Shown here: positions 27,171-39,481 of the stretch, piece by piece
How positions within the stretch are numbered: the stretch's first letter is position 1
Layout: the number at the start of each line of letters is the position of its first letter
Assembly (NCBI GenBank): GCA_964016885.1
Contig: OZ024744.1
Coordinates: 82,460,001 to 82,524,000, forward strand
From: Eledone cirrhosa
Lineage: Eukaryota
Length of the DNA stretch: 64,000 nt
Direction: 5' to 3'
Program-made: the position numbers and the translations under genes
The notes under the pieces: generated by a model
The model's input: the letters and a program-made list of their open reading frames with translations, nothing else
The model's database searches: none
Told to the model about the DNA's origin: nothing

Positions 27171-27766
27171 AGATGATGCATGACATACCTTGACATAGTA
27201 GATGGTTAAGATCCAGTCATGGTAGTGAGTAAGATATGACAAAACTCAATATTTATATACCTTAAGATTGAGACATGAAAAGACTTACATATAATACATA
27301 TAATACAGAGGGTGCGTGTGAGAAAGCTTAAAAATACATATCAGCAATTTACATAACTGTTAGAGATTCAAATAATTTAAATTATTGGAGAAAGAGGAAA
27401 GAAAAAAAGAAAGAGAGAGAGAAAACAGATGAGGGGATAATATAGCTAGTAGAGATATAGAGAGCAAAAGAGAATTGAACAAGGAAAGAGAGACAAAAAG
27501 GAATAATTATAGGAAGGGATGAATTATATATATATATATACATAACTATACATTTGGGCATAGCTTTGCGAAAGAGTAAACTCGAATCTTTGAATTATTG
27601 AATTATCTAGAAGTATTCATCAATCTAAATCCTAAATATAACTGTAGCAATAAAAACTCCACTCGCAAATCTATTCTTTAAAGCTTTAGATAAATCCTTC
27701 CCCATTCAACATAAATACCGTTCCATATTTAACAGACACACAATTAAGCTTTCTTATTCTACAACT

Positions 27767-28408
27767 ATGAATATGGCCCAGAACATCGCTAAAATAAATA
27801 GTAGAATTCTAAATCATAATCAACATACATTTAACGATAATGAATATAACACTAGCAATATTAATACTAGGAATAACAATAACATCACAATCAATAGAAC
27901 ATTTCGGAGTACTAATAATGTTAATGTAAATAGTACAATTTATAGTAATAACAATAAATCGAAATGTAATTGTAGAAATAGACCAGATTTCCCTCTGCAA
28001 AATAATTGTCTGGATAGCAATCTGGTATATAAGTGCACCGTAAAAACAAATAACATCACATACAACTATTTTGGTGCAACTTCTTCGACATTTAAATCAA
28101 GATTTGCGAATCACAAATACTCTTTTTCGAATCCTAATAGGAAATCTTCGACTTCTTTATCACAACTTATATGGTCATTAAAAGACAAAAATTTAAAGTA
28201 CTCGATTTCTTGGACGAAGCTGTGTAATAGTAGAATTTACTTGAATTCTTCAATATCACCTAACTGCAACCTCTGCACCATGGAGACCCTTTCAATAATT
28301 ACTAATTATGAAAATTTAATTAACAAAAAGAGTGAATTACTCTCAAACTGCCTTCATAAAGCTTTGTCTACATTCCAAGCCTCGCAAAAAGTCAGGAAAA
28401 AACACTAA
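27767..28408 (+). CDS. PLE C-terminal Cys-rich linker plus GIY-YIG endonuclease (5'-truncated ORF)
   Basis: CNCR..PL..NCL..LVYKC..YFGAT..FKSRFANH..SLSQLIWSLK..CNLC..E..LINKKSELLSNCLH. Confidence 0.8.
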   Translation: MNMAQNIAKINSRILNHNQHTFNDNEYNTSNINTRNNNNITINRTFRSTNNVNVNSTIYSNNNKSKCNCRNRPDFPLQNNCLDSNLVYKCTVKTNNITYNYFGATSSTFKSRFANHKYSFSNPNRKSSTSLSQLIWSLKDKNLKYSISWTKLCNSRIYLNSSISPNCNLCTMETLSIITNYENLINKKSELLSNCLHKALSTFQASQKVRKKH

Positions 28409-30422
28409 ATAAACATGTTCGAATTTTTGACGTGTCTTATCAACTGTGTACCTAAAACGTTATAACAGATTATAAAACTTTAATAATTTTTATTTATTTA
28501 TTGATTTATGATATGATTAATGTTAGATTAAAGGGTCCTGTATAGGTATATAAACATATTATTTGTTAACATGATCTCTTGATGAATGTGCATATCATTT
28601 GATTGTTTAAATATATTTAATTTTGATTGGGATTCTTGTATATTTTTTAAATATATGGCTTATTTGCTTAACAGTTATAATTTACCGTAAATCATTCATG
28701 CATTTATGTTTTTGTATATTTATTCATTTGGAGTATGTTTTACGATTCAGGAAGTTTGATTTATATATTTTTATTTATATATATATACGTCACACACGAT
28801 ACTAGTCGACAAACTTTTTATTCCACTTAACTTGATGTAAAACTTCAATTATAACATTACTGACAATGATTGTACTTATTATTTATTATATGTATATCGA
28901 TCACTAATATCTAGAATACTCTATTTATATTTGAACAAATCTGTATATCTAGTATAATAACATGCTTCTAGTTACATTTATATGTACTTTAGATACTTTA
29001 ATGACTTTCTAGTGTTATAATCGTTAAATATTTTCTAAATATTTTCTAAATTTTCTAAGTTATATAACGATTATTATTTAATTTAATTTACTTAAATTCG
29101 GGTTACCTTCGGGTCAATGAAATCCTTAGGTTTTCTCTTTATCATGTTTGCAGACACATTATACTACTATATAAATTAAAAAAAAATTTTTTCTTGTATT
29201 TTTAAACTATATAGCTTGGATTTTGGGCATTTTTAAGATCGCAAACAATTCACTTTTTTACTTTGAATCTGGTTCTTATCCTTATGATTCATGAAGTTTG
29301 ACTTGTATATTTGTAGTATATATGTATTACATGACCCTATTATAATAATTGATCTAAAACCTTAATTTTTAACAATATTATCAGTAACTTATTTATTGTA
29401 TTATATTATGTTATATATAACTGATAGGTATCATCTTAATCTTTAGACAATATAATCTTTATTTATATTTAGACAAATGCATATATCTAATTTAATAATA
29501 AACTTTTTTTAAGCTTAATTATAAGGTATTTTCATGCTTTAAGGCATTCTAATTGTTAATCTTGATTTTTAAAATTATAACTGTAATTATTTTATAAATT
29601 ATATAATGCGAATTATCTACATTATAATATAAATAATTAAATATAATATAATAAAAGTTAATAAAAATTACCTTCGTGAGGATGAAAATATCATATCTTC
29701 TTTCTCATGTTTGCAAATAGTTTAAATATGATTTCATAAAATAAGATTTTATAAATTAAATATGATAGTATACTTTAATATTAATACAGATATTTATAAA
29801 CTTTTATAGCCTGAAATATTATACACTTTGATTAATTCATTATTCTGAACTAACTTAAATGATTTGAAAGTTAACGGTCAATTGGATACGTTTGGATAGT
29901 ATATATAACTAATTAACTAAGGACTGGAAATTAACCTTCATATAATTACACCCAGTTATATTTAGGATTTAGATTGATGAATACTTCTAGATAATTCAAT
30001 AATTCAAAGATTCGAGTTTACTCTTTCGCAAAGCTATGCCCAAATGTATAGTTATGTATATATATATAATTCATCCCTCCCTATAATTATTCCTTTTTGT
30101 CTCTCTTTCCTTGTTCAATTCTCTTTTGCTCTCTATATCTCTACTAGCTATATTATCCCCTCATCTGTTTTCTCTCTCTCTTTCTTTTTTTCTTTCCTCT
30201 TTCTCCAATAATTTAAATTATTTGAATCTCTAACAGTTATGTAAATTGCTGATATGTATTTTTAAGTTTTCTCACACGCACCCTCTGTATTATATGTATT
30301 ATATGTAAGTCTTTTCATGTCTCAATCTTAAGGTATATAAATATTGAGTTTTGTCATATCTTACTCACTACCATGACTGGATCTTAACCATCTACTATGT
30401 CAGGGTATGTCATGCATCATCT

Positions 30423-30489
30423 TATTTTATCTGATGGGGACGTACTGTTGAAGTTAGCTCAGTACCTATGAAATATGTATAATAAAATA
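30423..30489 (+). ncRNA. Hammerhead ribozyme, A9G variant (pLTR)
   Basis: Mirror of 27104-27170 but with core CTGATGG. Confidence 0.7.
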
Positions 30490-30622
30490 TACTTAATCAC
30501 AAGAAGTTCTATTTTTGTTAATATTTTGAATTAATATTAATAACTCCGAAAAACCATACCAGTTGAGTGCTTCCAATCTATTGTAAAACTCATTCTTTGA
30601 TTTATTCATTGAACCTTGTTTA

Positions 30623-30771
<149 letters not shown>

Positions 30772-30996
30772 TACACGGGTGTGTATGATTGTGTATAGAA
30801 GATTATATTAATAAGGAATTCCAACTTTTTCTGATTTACTCGTTTTATTTACAATCCTTTACAATTTATAATGGTATTATAATGAAATAGTATGGTAGAA
30901 TATTAAATGTTAAGTGTCAATTGAACAAGTACTTTCATGCTTTCGCAATCTTCAGGTTCATAATCTGTGGTGACAGTCAAGCTTGCAATTTTCAAT

Positions 30997-31054
<58 letters not shown>

Positions 31055-31139
31055 ACACACACACACACAGACGTGTGTGTATATATATATCTATGATATG
31101 TATGCTTGTTTATGTGATATGGAACTAATTTTATATATG

Positions 31140-31757
31140 CAGGGTTACACAAAAGCAACTGGTTCTACCTATATTAGCTTTCAAACCGATCAACTTCAAA
31201 TTTCAGGATATGGCAAATACCTCTGAGAAGACAAGATACCACCGCCGGATTTCCTGTGTGAATCGCTATATGTGTGGCTCGTACACATTCTGGACGATCG
31301 AGGAAGCATACGAAGGAAGTTGACATGTTTCGAGAATCTGTTGAACAGAGCCCAAAACGATCGCTTCTCAAGAGAAGCCAGTCCTTGAGATTCTCCAGAG
31401 AAACTTGCAGAAGGCTTGTGTTGAAGAGGATCTTAAGAAGTGCCCCTACAGAATGCGGAGTAAAAAAAAACTTACTCTAGTTGAAAAGACCAAGGGAAAG
31501 AGTGCGAATGAGAAAAGATGCAAAACAACCCAAATTTTCTGAATCTGCTGTGAACCTCTGTGAACCTCTGATGAAGGCAATTTTCACTGAGAGCGGAAAA
31601 TCAATTCTAAAAACAATGTGTTCTAGCGTCAGAGAAACTCACTGAAGTAGCGGTGAAACCTCCCCACTCCGCTAAATGTACCGTTTGGTCTGTCATTTCT
31701 GAGCGCGGGTCGATCGGCCCATACTTTTGGTGTCACCGCTACAGTCACGATGAAACG

Positions 31758-31760
<3 letters not shown>
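31140..31760 (+). mobile_element. Degenerate Tc1/mariner-superfamily transposase fragment
   Basis: HSGRSR..RESVEQSPKRS..RS (HTH region), SDEGNFH, PPHSAKCTVWSVISERGSIGPYF. Confidence 0.7.
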
Positions 31761-31794
<34 letters not shown>

Positions 31795-31919
31795 TAGTTT
31801 GGGTGGGTCATGCTCTCAATAAAAGAAAACACACGTACCTGTTAGGTTTCCTTTGAATTTATTATTATAATTTCCCAGTCAGTTAGTTTAATGACTGATT
31901 GGTTGTTTTGTCGTCGATT

Positions 31920-31966
31920 GTCATCAAAGCTTTTTCGTCACATATTCTGTGACCTCCTCAGTGACT
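31920..31966 (-). ncRNA. Hammerhead motif, slightly degenerate (clade A pLTR relative)
   Basis: AGTCA-CTGAGGA-G-GTCACA gaata TGTGAC-GAAA-AAGCTT-TGA-TGAC; one extra base at the cleavage site. Confidence 0.6.
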
Positions 31967-32031
31967 ACTTTTGTTATTATTTTCTGTCTCCCCTTTGTTT
32001 TGTCCTACACCAAATTATAAAAATAAATTGC

Positions 32032-32111
<80 letters not shown>
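32032..32111. repeat. (TCTA)n microsatellite
   Basis: Direct reading. Confidence 0.95.
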
Positions 32112-32114
<3 letters not shown>

Positions 32115-32560
32115 GTGAGGCGAGCCTTCCCACGACTCGTCTCGCTGACCGAGCTGCAGTCCTGGATCAAGCAAAGACCGAGGAGAATGGGCGACTGGCA
32201 CATCGAATGTGCTCAGGCGCTCACAGCCCTCTGGCAAACCGTCGCGCACGCATTCGTACACTGCCCCGGCTTTACCGACCTGTGGGGCTATGTAGAACGA
32301 CTATTGTAGAGGGTGGGACCAATCCGGTTGACCACCGAGTCCATTGTCATGATCAAACCGCCACCCTCCTTCAAAAACGAAGGAGAAGCGGTTTTCCTAT
32401 GTGTTATGGCTATGGTGAAAGATGTTATATGGTGGACGAGGTTAAAAGGGCTGAGGTCAGACACATTTCTCTCCGGCGAACAACTGATTCGTTTTTTTCA
32501 AATATCATTTTGGAAGAAGAATCAGGATGGAGAGAGAGGTGCTGTACCCCAGCTGACCCC
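32112..32560 (+). pseudogene. Tx1-like ORF2 3' fragment (related subfamily)
   Basis: FPRLVSLTELQSWIK..HAFVHCP..LWGYVE..MVKDVIWWTRLKGL matches the ORF2 C-terminus at 44 kb. Confidence 0.8.
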
Positions 32561-32866
32561 CTAACACCACTACCACTACCACTTCCAATACAATGGATGA
32601 GGTCAGCTGTACTTAAACAAAAACAACTAAAAGAGATTGTCTTGCCTCAGAAAAATTTCTATAGACTTTTGACTGAGGAATGTTCTCACAACTGACCAAT
32701 GGGATTCGAGCGTGTCCTATGACGCTGAAATTCGTTTGTTCTAACTCATATGATTCCAGTTCCTCAGAAGAATAACAACACAACCAGGAGCTGGACATAT
32801 CGATGTATTGACGAAGTAAAACACACTTCAACAACATGTGTACCTGTCTTTCCCACACCAATTCGG

Positions 32867-32923
32867 ACTGCCTGAAGAGGTCACAGCCAATGATGGCTGT
32901 CACCGAAATATATATATAGCAGT
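32867..32923 (+). ncRNA. Type I hammerhead ribozyme
   Basis: ACTGC-CTGAAGA-GGTCACAGCCA atga TGGCTGTCACC-GAAA-TATATATA-TA-GCAGT. Confidence 0.88.
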
Positions 32924-33137
32924 ATATCTATAATTTGTAATAAACGAAGCCAAATTTTACATATTTGACTTAATTATTTCATATATATATATATATATAT
33001 ATTTGTATTTTAACCGTTGGTCAATCAATTGATTGCCGGGTGAATTAACTATGGAGATATAAAGGATACAGAAGCGAAAACGAACCACAACCAAACAGTG
33101 AATGCGTTCTATTGTTATTTCTGGCAATATTATAACA

Positions 33138-33233
<96 letters not shown>

Positions 33234-33324
33234 GGGATCGATCGACTTTCGTCAAATCGGACCGAGGAAACAATGTTTCCGTCGGTCTTTCCAGTTGCTA
33301 GTACTATCTATCGGTCGCAACTCC

Positions 33325-33445
33325 AGCTAGAAGTAACAACGTGAAATAAAGTGTCTTGCCCAAGGACATAACGCATCGCCCGGTCCACGAATCGAACTCA
33401 CAACCTCAAGATTGTGAATCCAATTCTCTAACCACTCAGCCACAC
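33325..33445 (-). mobile_element. SINE family 2, 5' part
   Basis: Minus strand GTGGCTGAGTGGTTAG (A box), GAGTTCGATTC (B box), GTGTCCTTGGGCAAGACAC-like core. Confidence 0.7.
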
Positions 33446-33895
33446 GCCTACTCGTTCCTATTACCCACTCTACTACCCTAAGTATTGAGTACTTTGGTGC
33501 GTTATGGTCCATCTGGTTCCTTACCACATTTCCATCGTTATATATATATATATATATATATATATAACGATGGAAATGTGGTAAGGAACCGTGACCATCT
33601 CCACTGAAAGTTTTCATGAAATAGTCTTTTAAGACTATACAGAGCATTTGATGTTATTCCAAATTGAAGGATAAGTGTTTCAAACTTTGTTTTATCATGA
33701 GTTAAAGGTCTATAGATTTTTCCCTGGATTTTACTAAATTCTGTGGATGAATTTGTATCCTGATTCTCTTTTGAGATGAGTTTGAGTTATTTTTCCTAAA
33801 TCTTTCGTTAACTACTTTTCCCATCTTGACGTTATAGTCGCATATATGTTATAGAATGCCGTTAGCTTCTTGCTAAAACAATCTCTATACCTCTC

Positions 33896-33953
<58 letters not shown>

Positions 33954-34009
33954 CAAAATGGCGTAGGACAGAACAAAGGAAAGGCACAGAAACGAAGAAA
34001 GGAATCCCC

Positions 34010-34054
34010 AGTCACTGAAGAGGTCACAGAATGTGTGACGAAAGGACTATGACT
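34010..34054 (+). ncRNA. Type I hammerhead ribozyme
   Basis: AGTCA-CTGAAGA-G-GTCACA..TGTGAC-GAAA-GGAC-TA-TGACT. Confidence 0.85.
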
Positions 34055-34552
34055 ATATATAAACAGTGTTCATTTATCCGTTCATTTATCCGGGATCGGA
34101 TAAATGAACACTGGCGAGACCTTCAATATAATAAAGAATCATCTGTACTCTACCAACATGCTAAGATAGAACACAAGGGTAAAATAGAGAACATAGAAAT
34201 AAAAATAGAATCTACACACAGAAAAGATGCAATGTTTAGACAAATTACAGAGGCAATAAACATAAAAGAATTACAACCAAAATTAAATAGAAAATATGAG
34301 TGGAACAGCAACATCACAACTTACAATTAAGGACAAAATGAAAACACACACACACATAGAACAAACAACCAACCAATAACATGTAAATAAATAAATAAAT
34401 AAACAAATAGATAAATGAACATAAACACACACAGACACCCGGATGTGGCGCATGCGCAAACTGAGCACACAACACACACACACACACACACAGAAACAAA
34501 ATGGCGTAGGACAGAAGAAAGGAAAGGCACAGAAACAAAGAAAGGAATCCCC

Positions 34553-34597
34553 AGTCACTGAAGAGGTCACAGAATGTGTGACGAAAGGACTATGACT
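34553..34597 (+). ncRNA. Type I hammerhead ribozyme
   Basis: Same motif as 34010, 543 bp downstream. Confidence 0.85.
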
Positions 34598-34809
34598 ATA
34601 TATAAACAACTATCTGGTTGTGGAACCAACCAACCAACCAGAAATTTATAAATTTATAAATTTGTAAATTTATAAATATATAATAAATTGAAGTGAAAGC
34701 AACTGGTGCGTATGTTTCTTATTGGCAACATGACCCTCCCAAAGTATAACAATATCGGTTTCAACACACGATTTCAGATAAAGAATCTTACTAAACAAAT
34801 TCAGAAACG

Positions 34810-34853
<44 letters not shown>

Positions 34854-35271
34854 CGATGGAAATGTGGTAAGGAACCAGGTGGACCATAACGCACCAAAGT
34901 ACTCAATACTTAGGGTAGTAGAGTAGGTAATAGGAACGAGTAGGACCCCGACGGTTGAGCTCAAGCCGTTTCCACGGCTAATAATGTCCAGAATTAGCCG
35001 TCGAAACGGCTTGAGCTCAGCCGTCGGGGTCCTACTCGTTCCTATATATATTTATATATATATATATATATGTACACGTACATACATATATGTATACCGA
35101 CGTACAGTAGTATGTATATATATATATACATACATGCACACATATATATATGCACGTATTGATTCACCGAACATTTATTATAATGCTCGGTGTGTTTGTA
35201 AACAAACATCCCGTATTAAGCCGTAGTGTCTAGCAACCACCGTTGCTCGTTTGTTCAACACTGACAAAGGA

Positions 35272-35314
35272 ACGCTGTACTAGTTTCAAGCTTGTTAGCT
35301 ATCGTCAGCAACGT
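35272..35314 (-). ncRNA. Minimal type I hammerhead ribozyme, unit 1
   Basis: ACGTTG-CTGACGA-T AGCT aaca AGCT T-GAAA-CTAG-TA-CAGCGT. Confidence 0.85.
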
Positions 35315-35693
35315 ATACCTTCCTGCCAGATTGTTGAACGTATATACTTACCTTATGCATATTAACGGCTGAGTAGCCCAATTTGCATATCGAGTGGGTT
35401 AATCGGCCGGGTGCACCGAAAACGATAAACGGAAAAAATGAAACGATATTTCATTTCCCACTCTTAGTACGGCTGTTACTTAAATATAAGTATGTACACG
35501 TACATACATATATGTATACCGACGTACAGTAGTATGTATATATATATATACATACATGCACACATATATATATGCACGTATGGATTCACCGAACATTTAT
35601 TATAATGCTCGGTGTGTTTGTAAACAAACATCCCGTATTAAGCCGTAGTGTCTAGCAACCACCGTTGCTCGTTTGTTCAACACTGACAAAGGA

Positions 35694-35736
35694 ACGCTGT
35701 ACTAGTTTCAAGCTTGTTAGCTATCGTCAGCAACGT
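35694..35736 (-). ncRNA. Minimal type I hammerhead ribozyme, unit 2
   Basis: Identical motif. Confidence 0.85.
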
Positions 35737-36117
35737 ATACCTTCCTGCCAGATTGTTGAACGTATATACTTACCTTATGCATATTAACGGCTGAGTAGCC
35801 CAATTTTCATATCGAGTGGGTTAATCGGCCGGGTGCACCGAAAACGATAAACGGAAAAAATGAAACGATATTTCATTTCCCACTCTTAGTACGGCTGTTA
35901 CTTAAATATAAGTATGTACACGTACATACATATATGTATACCGACGTACAGTGGTATGTATATATATATATATACATACATGCACACATATATATATGCA
36001 CGTATGGATTCACCGAACATTTATTATAATGCTCGGTGTGTTTGTAAACAAACATCCCGTATTAAGCCGTAGTGTCTAGCAACCACCGTTGCTCGTTTGT
36101 TCAACACTGACAAAGGA

Positions 36118-36160
36118 ACGCTGTACTAGTTTCAAGCTTGTTAGCTATCGTCAGCAACGT
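36118..36160 (-). ncRNA. Minimal type I hammerhead ribozyme, unit 3
   Basis: Identical motif. Confidence 0.85.
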
Positions 36161-36313
36161 ATACCTTCCTGCCAGATTGTTGAACGTATATACTTACCTT
36201 ATGCATATTAACGGCTGAGTAGCCCAATTTGCATATCGAGTGGGTTAAACGGCACTCAGCCGTTAATATGCATAAGGTAAGTATATACGTTCAACAATCT
36301 GGCAGGAAGGTAT

Positions 36314-36356
36314 ACGTTGCTGACGATAGCTAACAAGCTTGAAACTAGTACAGCGT
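36314..36356 (+). ncRNA. Minimal type I hammerhead ribozyme, inverted unit
   Basis: ACGTTGCTGACGATAGCTAACAAGCTTGAAACTAGTACAGCGT read directly on +. Confidence 0.85.
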
Positions 36357-36624
36357 TCCTTTTTCAGTGTTGAACAAACGAACAACGGTGGTTGCTAGAC
36401 ACTACGGCTTAATACGGGATGTTTGTTTACAAACACACCGAGCATTATAATAAATGTTCGGTGAATCCATACATACATATATATGTGTGCATGTATGTAT
36501 ATATATATATATACTACTGTACGTCGGTATACATATATGTATGTACGTGTACATACTTATATTTAAGTAACAGCCGTACTAAGAGTGGGAAATGAAATAT
36601 CGTTTCATTTTTTCCGTTTATATA

Positions 36625-36755
<131 letters not shown>

Positions 36756-36817
36756 CCCTTTCTTTTGTACTGATGACCATGTTATTCTTCACTTTTTCAA
36801 TTATATATATGTATATA

Positions 36818-37444
36818 TCTGTATATATATAAATCTCTAGTTTTCTGTATGTATGTGTATACGTGTGTGGCCAATTTTTAATGAGGGCTCATATATTCTA
36901 AACCATTCATGCGATTTCTTTGAAATTTTTGTACAGAGCTTTTCCTTGCACAAAACCTGTACATGATCTACAAAGGCTTTCAAAAATCGATATTTGGGCC
37001 TTTGGAGACATTAAAAAAGTTTCGGTTATTTGTGTGAATTTTCGTGATTAAATAAGACAAGAGTTATCTTTCGTAATGAAGAGTTATCTTTCGTAATTCG
37101 GCTCATTCGGAGTTTAATTTACTCTTTGTACTTGAAAGAAAGAGACTAACAATATAATTTTGTATATTTCACAACCAGCAATTTCTAACATATTACTAAG
37201 TTAAGTTATAGATTTTGACATTGTATAATTTATCGTTTCAAGCTTGATTTTCATACATTAAATTATGCCATAACCTTTACAATATTATGCTTAAATTTAT
37301 CTAAAATTATTTCGTTGGAATAGTGCCTAAAGTTTTCATGTTTACATACAGTACGTTTTTCTTCTATTCAAATTTACTTTGTTTAGTTTAATGAGCTATA
37401 TCGAAAGCTACTTGAACCGCCCAAAAGACGGGTAATTTAGCTAG
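36818..37444 (+). mobile_element. Non-autonomous Helitron-like element
   Basis: A|TC start, subterminal CCGCC..GACGG hairpin, CTAG|T end. Confidence 0.55.
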
Positions 37445-37454
37445 TATATATATA

Positions 37455-37835
37455 AAAATTAGGATTGGTGCTCTGAAATAGCGATGTATACATGAATGTA
37501 TGTATAGTATATTTGGCAATATACCGTATGTTTAATTAAAAACATTTCGAAGCCCTTCCGATATCATTTTTAAAGTAGTGACTATGTCACTTACTTTTTT
37601 TTCGGCTAAAGAAGGGAGAGAAGATGACAGATTCTGTTTCACACTGTTGGCGTTCCTCAGTGCATCGTACTCCCCGCCTCTGCCGAACATTATAGAGGTT
37701 GGATTCTTATAGAATTCCAGTAATAATCAGGAACTGATTATACAGAGTGATTGCCGGTCCAAAAAATGATAGCGCAAGGTCTTCAAAATGTTTTTAATTA
37801 AACGTACGGTATATTACCAAATATACTATACACAC
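37455..37835. mobile_element. Diverged relative of the 316-bp unit, with fold-back ends and a hammerhead core at 37623-37666 (-)
   Basis: Shares GCTCTGAAATAGC, AAAGTAGTGAC and ATTCTTATAGAA with the 14.7-kb units; minus strand CTGAGGA-ACGC caaca GTGT-GAAA-CAGAATCTG-TC; weak stem I. Confidence 0.6.
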
Positions 37836-37864
37836 ATTCATATATATATGTATATATATGTATG

Positions 37865-37941
<77 letters not shown>

Positions 37942-38100
37942 ACATATATTTAGATTTTGAGTTTATGTTGGTTGTATACCAACACCTCAGTATGCAGGCT
38001 GGAGCACTCGACGAAGTGCGCAGGTTGGTTTGGTTACTCCGGAGTAGTGTAAAATAAAGTTAAATAAAAGTCAAATGATTAAAATTTAGCTTCGTTTATT

Positions 38101-38155
38101 ACTGCTATATATATTTCAGTGACAGCCATCTTTGGCTGTGACCTCTTCAGGCAGT
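38101..38155 (-). ncRNA. Type I hammerhead ribozyme
   Basis: ACTGC-CTGAAGA-GGTCACAGCCA aaga TGGCTGTCACT-GAAA-TATATA-TA-GCAGT; same family as 32867. Confidence 0.88.
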
Positions 38156-38288
38156 TTGAATTAGTATGGTATAGACAAGTACATATGTTGTTGAGGTGTA
38201 TGATATTGTCAATACTCTGATATGCCCAGTTCCTTGTTGGGTTGTTAATTCACTGGGGAACTGGAGTCATATATAATATATATATACG

Positions 38289-38340
<52 letters not shown>

Positions 38341-38344
38341 TGTG

Positions 38345-38447
<103 letters not shown>

Positions 38448-38490
38448 ATATATATATTATATATATATATGTGTGTATGTATATATATAA

Positions 38491-38565
<75 letters not shown>

Positions 38566-39132
38566 TAAACACAGACAATAATGCACGCACACACATATAT
38601 ATATATAATATATGTATATATTATAGACTCATAGATATATTAACGAAAAGGTTTCGATTTTCCTGCATTTGACTTACTTCTCCTTTATGATTTTGTGTTT
38701 CAATTCGAATTTGAATTTTGCCTTATCCCTTTTCAGATAAACGACCATTATTGTCACCAACTTCATCATCTTCCTCGCTGATGCTATCATTACTGATGCT
38801 ATACATCGCTGATGCTATACATCGCAACCACCACCACGACCATCACTGCCACCACTGCCACCATTACTCTCACCATCACCACCACTACCACCAACCTCCC
38901 CACCTCATCACACCTCACAACACAACACAACACTGTACCATACCTCCACTAGCATCTACACTATCCCTGATCTTACCACATCACATCACATCACGTCACA
39001 TCACATCACACAACACTTCACCACGAGCATTAGAACTATCACGATTATCAACATACTAACATTAACACTACGTACACAACACCAATTTCATATAACTTTT
39101 TTTTCCTCCTGTAGTTTCTCACCACATTCTCT

Positions 39133-39226
39133 CTTCTTCTTCTTCTTCTTCTTCTTCTTCTTCTTCTTCTTCTTCTTCTTCTTCTTCTTCTTCTTCTTCT
39201 TCTCCTTCTTCTTCTTCTTCTTCTTC

Positions 39227-39269
<43 letters not shown>
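39133..39269. repeat. (TTC)n(TTA)n compound microsatellite at the head of the LINE array
   Basis: Direct reading. Confidence 0.95.
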
Positions 39270-39270
<1 letters not shown>

Positions 39271-39481
39271 GGCGACCTACGTAGTAAATCGTATCATCGT
39301 GAGCTCCGCAAAGGTTTGTTATTTCCGTTTGTTAAAAATTGCCATTTATGGAAATTTTTTATTGTTCACTATATATAAGCGCACATACATTGTTTTCCGA
39401 AAAAGACACCCAAAAAGATTGCGACCTTGTGCCCAAAATTTAAACTTTTATGATTATCAAAAAATTTCTTTGAAAAAAAAA

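Larger units (their letters stand above)
27056..30606 (+). mobile_element. 5'-truncated Penelope-like element (clade B) with ~590-bp inverted pseudo-LTR
   Basis: 27056-27644 is inverted relative to 29953-30537; GIY-YIG ORF; long AT-rich 3' UTR; microsatellite flanks. Confidence 0.85.
33952..34815 (+). mobile_element. Penelope-like element (clade A) in partial-tandem pLTR arrangement
   Basis: Partial pLTR 33952-34065, GIY-YIG 3' end 34095-34330, full pLTR to 34815; near-identical to 26255-26940; (TA)n flanks. Confidence 0.85.
35071..36621. mobile_element. Retrozyme-like array: about three 422-bp non-coding tandem units plus an inverted copy
   Basis: Period 422-424 bp; fold-back at 36220/36254; one hammerhead per unit; no ORF; (TA)n flanks. 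Confidence 0.85.

Noticed and set aside
35071-36253. CRISPR-like or satellite interpretation of the tandem units
   Set aside because: Eukaryotic context, whole units are identical with no unique spacers, and the hammerheads explain them better
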